From positions 1,824 through 65,823 of the forward strand of contig DASPLK010000002.1 in NCBI GenBank assembly GCA_035627595.1: a stretch of DNA of 64,000 nt. Reading direction: 5' to 3'. The stretch's first letter is position 1, and every line of letters starts with the position of its first letter. The position numbers were made by a program, and so were the translations under genes. Source of the stretch: Minisyncoccota bacterium. Lineage in GTDB: Bacteria > Patescibacteriota > Minisyncoccia > Phycocordibacterales > Phycocordibacteraceae. This document shows, piece after piece, positions 58,255 to 64,000 of this stretch. The notes under the pieces are model-generated. The model did not search any database and was not told where the DNA came from. It saw nothing but the letters and a program-made list of their open reading frames with translations.

Positions 58255-61200
58255 ATGGCTACACCAAACAGCACCGGAAAGCGCAACCCAGGACCGCACG
58301 CGCGCGACTGGAACTCGCTACGTCTTTCGCTCGCAAGCCCGGAGCGTATCCTTGAATGGTCCCGCGGTGAAATCACCAAGCCGGAGACCATCAACTACCG
58401 CACCCAGCGTTCGGAGAAGCACGGCCTCTTCGATGAGAAGATCTTCGGTCCGGAGAAGGACTACGAGTGTTACTGCGGCAAGTACAAGGGCATTCGTTAT
58501 AAGGGCATCGTTTGTGATAAGTGTGGTGTTGAAATCACGCGTTCCATCGTCCGTCGCGAGCGTATGGGTCACATCGAGCTTGTTACTCCTGTTGCTCACA
58601 TCTGGTTCCTACGCTCGATGCCTTCTCGCATGGCGCTTCTTCTTGGCGTTCCTGCAACTGACCTGGAGAAGGTTATCTACTTCGCTGGCTACATCGTCAC
58701 GAAGGTAAACGAAGATGTGAAAAAGCGTCTTCTTAATGAGCTTGAGGCTGAATATAAGAGTAAGCACAAGGAGTGCGCAGACGATAAGCAGCGCGATGCT
58801 CTAAAGGAGCGCATGACGCTTGCTAAGCAGGAGATCGACACGATCGTTGTAGGTAAGGTATTCGATGAGATCGCATACCATCGCTACTCGGTTAAGTACG
58901 GCACACTGTTCGAGGCGCGTATTGGCGCAGAAGCCATCTACGACCTCTTCCGCGGACTTAAGATGGAGGAGCTCAAGACAAAGCTTGAAGAGCGTTACAC
59001 CAGCGCAGGCCAGGCAGAGAAGGAGAAGCTCGCAAAGCGCATCTCCCTTATCTCCAATATGCTTGCTGCTAAGACGCGCCCTGAGTGGATGTTCCTCACG
59101 AAGATTCCGGTCATCCCGCCAGCGCTTCGTCCGATGGTCGCACTTGAAGGTGGTCGCCATGCAACGTCTGACGTTAACGACCTATATCGTCGCGTCATCA
59201 ACCGCAATAACCGCTTGAAGAAGCTTCTTGATATTCACGCACCGGAGGTCATCCTTCGTAACGAGAAGCGCATTCTTCAAGAGGCAGTAGACGCGCTCCT
59301 TGATAACTCGATTAGGAAGTCAGGAGCTAACGCAGGTGCAATGACGCCAGCACAGCGTCGTCCTTTGAAGAGTCTCGCTGACTACCTCAAGGGTAAGCAG
59401 GGCTACTTCCGCCAGAACCTTCTCGGTAAGCGCGTCGACTACTCCGGCCGCTCCGTGATCGTGGTGGGTCCTGACCTTGAGCTTGATGAGTGCGGTCTTC
59501 CAAAACATATGGCGCTCGAGCTCTTCCGCCCGTTCGTCATCGCAGGACTTCTCTCGCGCGAGCTCGCCTTCAACATCCGTGGTGCAGGTCGCCTCATTGA
59601 AGACGGCGTACCAGAGGTGTGGGAGATCCTCGAAGAGGCTATCCAGGGCAAGTATGTGCTCCTCAACCGCGCGCCAACGCTTCACCGCCAGGGTATCCAG
59701 GCGTTCCGTCCTCGCCTTATCGAGGGTGATGCTATCCAGCTCCATCCGCTCGTCTGTCCGGCCTTCAACGCTGACTTCGATGGTGACCAGATGGCAATTC
59801 ACGTGCCGCTTTCAGAGGAGGCACAGTGGGAGGCAAAGAACGTCATGAGCGCGAACAAGAACATCTTGAAGCCGGGTTCAGGCGAAATGATTGTCATGAC
59901 CCAGAAGCCGCTTGATATCGTGCTTGGTACCTTCTGGCTCACCAAGGCCGTTCCAGGCGCAAAGGGTGAGGGCATGTACTTCGACTCTCCAAATGCGGCC
60001 ATCCTCGCGCACGAGTACGACGCTGTCGACTTGCGTGCAATGGTGAAAATTTTGCCTCGTGCAGACAAGGCGAAGTATGAGCAGTTCAATGGTGAGTTGT
60101 TTGAGACCACCGTCGGACGACTCTTGTTCAACACGGTCCTTCCAAGCGACTACCCATTCATCAACGATGCCATCACTAAGAAGGTGCTTTCCGGCATCAT
60201 GCATGACTGTATGATCCGCTACGGCATCGATGCGGTTCCGGGCATCGTCAACAAGGTTAAGCGCTTCGGATTCGAGTACGCTACCAAGTCAGGCGTGTCC
60301 TGGTCTATCGACGATGTGTCGGTCCCTGCAAAGAAGGGAGATATCATCGAAAGCGCTAAGACAAAGGTGACTAAGATTGAGGATGACTACCGCAACGGTC
60401 TTCTGACCGAGGAAGAGAAGCGCCGCATGGTTATTGAGATCTGGCACGGCGCAAAGACCGAAGTCGAGAAGGCTGTCGAGGAGCAGCTCGATCCGGCAGG
60501 CTCTGTCCATGACATGGTGCGCTCCGGCGCCCGCGGTACCTTGGGTAACCTTACCCAGATGGCCGGCATGAAGGGTCTCATCCAGAACACCGCCGGCGAG
60601 ACCATCGAGGTGCCGATCGTGTCCTCGATGACCGAGGGCCTCAACCCGGTCGAGTACTTCATGAGTACGCACGGAGCGCGTAAGGGTCTTACCGACACCG
60701 CGCTTGGAACCGCACGTGCAGGCTACCTTACCCGCCGCTTGTTCGACGTCGCGCAGGATTCCATCGTTACGGAAAGAGATTGTGGCACCAAGCGTGGTAC
60801 CGCTATCTCCCGTGTTTCAGCGTCGGGTATACGCATTGACTTCGCAGAGGCTATTCGTGGCAGGACGCTCTCCGCTGAGGTTGCTGACCTCTTCAAGAAG
60901 GGTCATTACCTCACCACAGAGGACTCGGTGAAGATCTCCGAATCAGATGTACAGGCGGTCACGGTTCGTTCGCCAATGGCATGTGAGACTCGCTACGGAA
61001 TCTGCGGTACCTGTTACGGTATGGATCTAACGACCCAGCAGCCGGTAGATCTCGGCGAGGCGGTTGGAACGGTCGCAGCACAGGCTATCGGCGAGCCGGG
61101 AACTCAGCTTACGATGCGTACCTTCCACGCTGGCGGTACGGCATCTGTGGGCGGCGATATTACCCAGGGTCTCCCACGTGTCGAGGAAATCTTCGAGAAG

Positions 61201-61971
61201 CGTTCGCCGAAGAATCCAGCTGTCATCTCTAAGACCGACGGTATGGTCACGGAGATCAGGGAGGAGGGCAGGGAGCGCATCATCGTGGTCGCTCCGGAAG
61301 CGGGTCAGGGCAAGAAGAACGGCGCCGCAATCGAGTACACTGCACCGCACCCGCGTATGGCGCTTGTTAAGGCTGGTGACGCAGTCGTACGAGGCCAGTT
61401 CCTCACCGACGGTTCCGCGGATCTTGACGATCTCTTCGAGTATGCGGGCCGCGCAGCGGTACAGGAGTACATCATTGCGGAGACCTCCAAGATCTACGAG
61501 CTTCAGGGTGCATCCGTGTCCCGTAAGCACCTCGAGGTCGTGGTCAAGCAGATGTTCTCCCGCGTTAAGATCACCGACACTGGCGATTCTGACTACTCGG
61601 TTGGCGATGTCGTCGAGCACTGGGAGTTCGCAGAATCGGTGAAGACTATGGAGGCAGAAGGGAAGATTGCGCCTAAGGCGCGTGAGATGGTCCTTGGTAT
61701 CAAGGAGTCCGCATTGTCTCGCCGCTCATTCCTTTCAGCTGCGTCCTTCGAGCAGACCACGAAGATTCTCATCAACGCAGCTCTCAAGGGCTCCGTCGAT
61801 ACGCTTCGCGGCCTCAAGGAGAATGTTATTCTCGGCCGCCTCATTCCGGCTGGTACGGGCTTTGCAGGAAGCAAGAAGCACGAGGCTATCTCGGAGCTTC
61901 AGGCAGAACGCGCAAAGCTTCGTCGCGAGATGGAGGAAGAGGCAGAGCGCCAGATGGCAGAAGCTGTCTAG
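58255..61971 (+). CDS. rpoC: DNA-directed RNA polymerase subunit beta'
   Basis: Zn-finger [32 protein letters not shown] catalytic motif, bridge-helix and trigger-loop blocks. Start chosen at MATPNSTG, 23 nt after the rpoB stop. Confidence 0.9.
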   Translation: MATPNSTGKRNPGPHARDWNSLRLSLASPERILEWSRGEITKPETINYRTQRSEKHGLFDEKIFGPEKDYECYCGKYKGIRYKGIVCDKCGVEITRSIVRRERMGHIELVTPVAHIWFLRSMPSRMALLLGVPATDLEKVIYFAGYIVTKVNEDVKKRLLNELEAEYKSKHKECADDKQRDALKERMTLAKQEIDTIVVGKVFDEIAYHRYSVKYGTLFEARIGAEAIYDLFRGLKMEELKTKLEERYTSAGQAEKEKLAKRISLISNMLAAKTRPEWMFLTKIPVIPPALRPMVALEGGRHATSDVNDLYRRVINRNNRLKKLLDIHAPEVILRNEKRILQEAVDALLDNSIRKSGANAGAMTPAQRRPLKSLADYLKGKQGYFRQNLLGKRVDYSGRSVIVVGPDLELDECGLPKHMALELFRPFVIAGLLSRELAFNIRGAGRLIEDGVPEVWEILEEAIQGKYVLLNRAPTLHRQGIQAFRPRLIEGDAIQLHPLVCPAFNADFDGDQMAIHVPLSEEAQWEAKNVMSANKNILKPGSGEMIVMTQKPLDIVLGTFWLTKAVPGAKGEGMYFDSPNAAILAHEYDAVDLRAMVKILPRADKAKYEQFNGELFETTVGRLLFNTVLPSDYPFINDAITKKVLSGIMHDCMIRYGIDAVPGIVNKVKRFGFEYATKSGVSWSIDDVSVPAKKGDIIESAKTKVTKIEDDYRNGLLTEEEKRRMVIEIWHGAKTEVEKAVEEQLDPAGSVHDMVRSGARGTLGNLTQMAGMKGLIQNTAGETIEVPIVSSMTEGLNPVEYFMSTHGARKGLTDTALGTARAGYLTRRLFDVAQDSIVTERDCGTKRGTAISRVSASGIRIDFAEAIRGRTLSAEVADLFKKGHYLTTEDSVKISESDVQAVTVRSPMACETRYGICGTCYGMDLTTQQPVDLGEAVGTVAAQAIGEPGTQLTMRTFHAGGTASVGGDITQGLPRVEEIFEKRSPKNPAVISKTDGMVTEIREEGRERIIVVAPEAGQGKKNGAAIEYTAPHPRMALVKAGDAVVRGQFLTDGSADLDDLFEYAGRAAVQEYIIAETSKIYELQGASVSRKHLEVVVKQMFSRVKITDTGDSDYSVGDVVEHWEFAESVKTMEAEGKIAPKAREMVLGIKESALSRRSFLSAASFEQTTKILINAALKGSVDTLRGLKENVILGRLIPAGTGFAGSKKHEAISELQAERAKLRREMEEEAERQMAEAV

Positions 61972-62022
61972 CAAAGAGTGTTATAGCAAAAGGCCCGCAC
62001 ATGCGGGCCTTTTGCTATTTCA

Positions 62023-62050
62023 AAGGCCGCGTCAGATGACGCGGCCTTGT
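62023..62050 (+). terminator. rpoC terminator (second of two tandem hairpins; the first is at 61985..62016)
   Basis: aaggccgcgtca-gat-gacgcggcctt then GTTGTTTCG. The upstream hairpin is agcaaaaggcccgca-cat-gcgggccttttgct. Confidence 0.6.
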
Positions 62051-62057
62051 TGTTTCG

Positions 62058-62273
62058 CTACTCACGAAGCCGATGCGGGATCTGGTGCTGGTCGAGCTCT
62101 TCGGCGAGGATTCGTATCTTGTCTGCGCCAAGACCCTTGATCTGGCGAAGGGTGGTGCCCTCACAGTTCGCGAGCTTCCTCACTGTCGTTAGCCCGTATT
62201 GCTCGAGCAAATCCTTGAGGTACTGGGTGATGCCCAAGTCCCTGACGAGACTTGAGACTCGAATTTTAGTCAT
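62058..62273 (-). CDS. Small helix-hairpin-helix protein resembling RNA polymerase alpha C-terminal domain
   Basis: LGITQYLKDLLEQYGLTTVRKLANCEGTTLRQIKGLGADKIRILAEEL is an HhH pattern like the alpha-CTD. 71 aa. Confidence 0.4.
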   Translation of the reverse strand: MTKIRVSSLVRDLGITQYLKDLLEQYGLTTVRKLANCEGTTLRQIKGLGADKIRILAEELDQHQIPHRLRE

Positions 62274-62363
62274 GGCAATCTCCTTTCAACTAGGGGGAGT
62301 TAAATACGTAGCAGGGGATCTGTCAAATGAAGCCAGACGGAAAAGAGGGTACACTAGGGGTAC

Positions 62364-64000
62364 ATGCCCGATACGGTCCAGCAGGTAAAAGATAAGCTCA
62401 CCATCCAAGAGGTGGTGGCGCCGTACGTGAAGCTCACAAAGTCCGGCCGCTACCTGAAAGGGCTTTCGCCCTTCACGAAGGAAAAGACCCCGTCATTCTT
62501 TGTGAACCCGGAACGCAACTCCTATTACTGCTTCTCCACGAGCCAGGGTGGCGACATCTTCACATTTATCGAGAAGATGGAGGGCGTGGATTTCAAGGGA
62601 GCGCTAAAGATTCTTGCAGAAAAGGCGGGCGTTGAGGTTGTGTATGAGAAGGGTGGCAATGATAACAAAGGGAAGCTCGACAGGCTTCGTGAGGCGATGG
62701 CGCGAGCGGAGCAGAAGTACGTGGAGCACCTGGACCCCAAGGGTGCTGCATACTCATATGCGAAGTCGCGCGGACTTACAGACGAGACCATTAGGAATTG
62801 GAGCATCGGCTACGCGTCTGATGCGTGGCGCACATTGCTTGAGGAACTTACTGCAGCAGGATTCGCAACAAGGGAAATGGAGGCTGCAGGACTCATCAAG
62901 GAGGCTGACGAAAAGCGCGGTACCTTCTATGACCGTTTCCGGAATCGCCTCATGTTCCCAATTAAGGACATTGCTGGCCGCACGGTAGCCTTCACTGGCC
63001 GCTCTTTGGATCCGAATGATCAGGCGAAGTACTTAAACTCACCGGAAACAGATCTCTATAAAAAATCGGAAATACTTTTTGGCCTCGATAAGGCCAAGGA
63101 TGCGATACGTCAGCGTGGGTTCGCTATTCTTGTGGAAGGGCAGTTCGACCTTATACTCCTCCACCAGATTGGCTTTGCAAACACCATCGCGCTTTCCGGT
63201 ACCGCGCTTACCGACCGACATATTGCGCTCATCAAGCGCTACGCAGATAACCTTATGCTCGCATTGGATGCTGATAGGGCAGGACTCGCCGCAAGTGCCA
63301 AGAGCGCACACGCAGCCCTGTCTGCAGGTATGCGTGTAAAGGCAGTTCGGCTCCCTCTGGGAAAGGATCCTGCAGATATCGCAAATGAAGATCCTAAAGA
63401 GTTTACTCGGCTCGTTAAAGATGCGGAGTCTATTGTTGAATTCTTCCTATCAGTTCTGGCTTCTTCCGAGACCGATTCGCACAAACTCGTGATCGCGGTC
63501 GAGAAGACGGTACTGCCTTTGGTCGCGGCTATCCCGTCTGCTCTAGAGCGGGAGCACTTCGTGGGTGTTATATCCCGGGCACTTGGGACGACGCCGGACG
63601 CAGTGCGTGCAGGGCTACCGAAAGGAGATCGCCCCACCTCCTCATCGACCGCTCAGAAATCTGCTCCTCAATCGTCTACTTCAATGACGCCCAGAGATCA
63701 GCGCGCCATCCTTGTTCGTGCTATCATCCATAGCTACCCAGACCTTGCCATTGCGAAACGCTTGACGAGCGAGTATAGTCGTATTACTGGAGCAGCGTTA
63801 CCGGAGGAGCCTCCTCCCGAGCGCGCCCTTTTTGAGGCCGGACTTGCCTTCGGGGAGTCGCCACGAGAAACAGAAGCAGATGATCTTGTTCGCGCGTTCG
63901 AGCACGCCGTATTAAGCGAACGGCTTAATGACGCGACTATGCGCCTTCGGCTAGCCGAAGCTGCACGGAACGAATCGGAGATCGCCCAGCTATCGAAGCT
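62364..64000 (+). CDS. dnaG: DNA primase (3' end beyond window); zinc-binding domain with degenerate ligands
   Basis: GLSPFTKEKTPSFFVN...YYCFSTSQGGDIF aligns to GLCPFHNEKTPSF...YHCFGCGAHG, with 3 of 4 Zn ligands substituted. TOPRIM block ILVEGQFDLILLHQIGFANTIALSGTAL...ALDADRAG. The frame stays open to the window end. Confidence 0.8.
   Translation, partial: MPDTVQQVKDKLTIQEVVAPYVKLTKSGRYLKGLSPFTKEKTPSFFVNPERNSYYCFSTSQGGDIFTFIEKMEGVDFKGALKILAEKAGVEVVYEKGGNDNKGKLDRLREAMARAEQKYVEHLDPKGAAYSYAKSRGLTDETIRNWSIGYASDAWRTLLEELTAAGFATREMEAAGLIKEADEKRGTFYDRFRNRLMFPIKDIAGRTVAFTGRSLDPNDQAKYLNSPETDLYKKSEILFGLDKAKDAIRQRGFAILVEGQFDLILLHQIGFANTIALSGTALTDRHIALIKRYADNLMLALDADRAGLAASAKSAHAALSAGMRVKAVRLPLGKDPADIANEDPKEFTRLVKDAESIVEFFLSVLASSETDSHKLVIAVEKTVLPLVAAIPSALEREHFVGVISRALGTTPDAVRAGLPKGDRPTSSSTAQKSAPQSSTSMTPRDQRAILVRAIIHSYPDLAIAKRLTSEYSRITGAALPEEPPPERALFEAGLAFGESPRETEADDLVRAFEHAVLSERLNDATMRLRLAEAARNESEIAQLSK

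Noticed and set aside
1-64000. CRISPR arrays, rRNA genes, IS elements or transposases
   Set aside because: No regularly spaced direct repeats, no rRNA-like conserved blocks and no transposase or integrase-like ORFs were seen anywhere in the window.

Overview
This 64 kb window looks like a compact, gene-dense chromosome segment of a reduced-genome bacterium, most likely a Candidate Phyla Radiation / Parcubacteria-type organism. The basis is moderately high GC, standard genetic code (TGA used as a stop), many overlapping start/stop codons and minimal-length essential proteins. Housekeeping content read from the translations: a pentose-phosphate/glycolysis block (gap, rpiB, rpe, a split transketolase interrupted by a MazG-like gene, class I fba, a PfkB kinase); translation genes (rplY, rpmE, prfA, rpsB, tsf, rpmF, rpsP, a KH protein, trmD, pheS, pheT, thrS, tRNA-Thr); replication and transcription genes (gyrB, dnaE, rnhB, a NusB-NUDIX fusion, rnc, SMC-like ATPase, rnr, rpoB, rpoC, dnaG partial); and gdhA. 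Interleaved with these is a conspicuous cell-surface repertoire: six dispersed type IV pilin-like genes with near-identical prepilin leaders and a shared TATA-like element abutting their start codons; a secreted-protein operon (12.4-19.7 kb) comprising a coiled-coil lytic transglycosylase followed by five secreted/membrane proteins, two of them giant paralogous Ig-like repeat proteins; and a sortase-centred locus (31.0-35.9 kb). That locus contains a compositionally foreign high-GC gene and a large surface protein with a ~60-residue poly-proline tract, three tandem Ig-like repeats and an internal sorting-signal-like segment. The sortase locus is my best candidate for an undescribed system. Phage-flavoured singletons are also present: a tail-fiber/peptidase-S74-chaperone protein plus a glycine-rich secreted protein at the window start, an orphan Mu Gam-like gene, and a standalone DnaA domain-IV-like gene. 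A 386-bp non-coding gap upstream of rpmF may hold a structured RNA. No CRISPR arrays, rRNA genes or recognisable transposases were seen.
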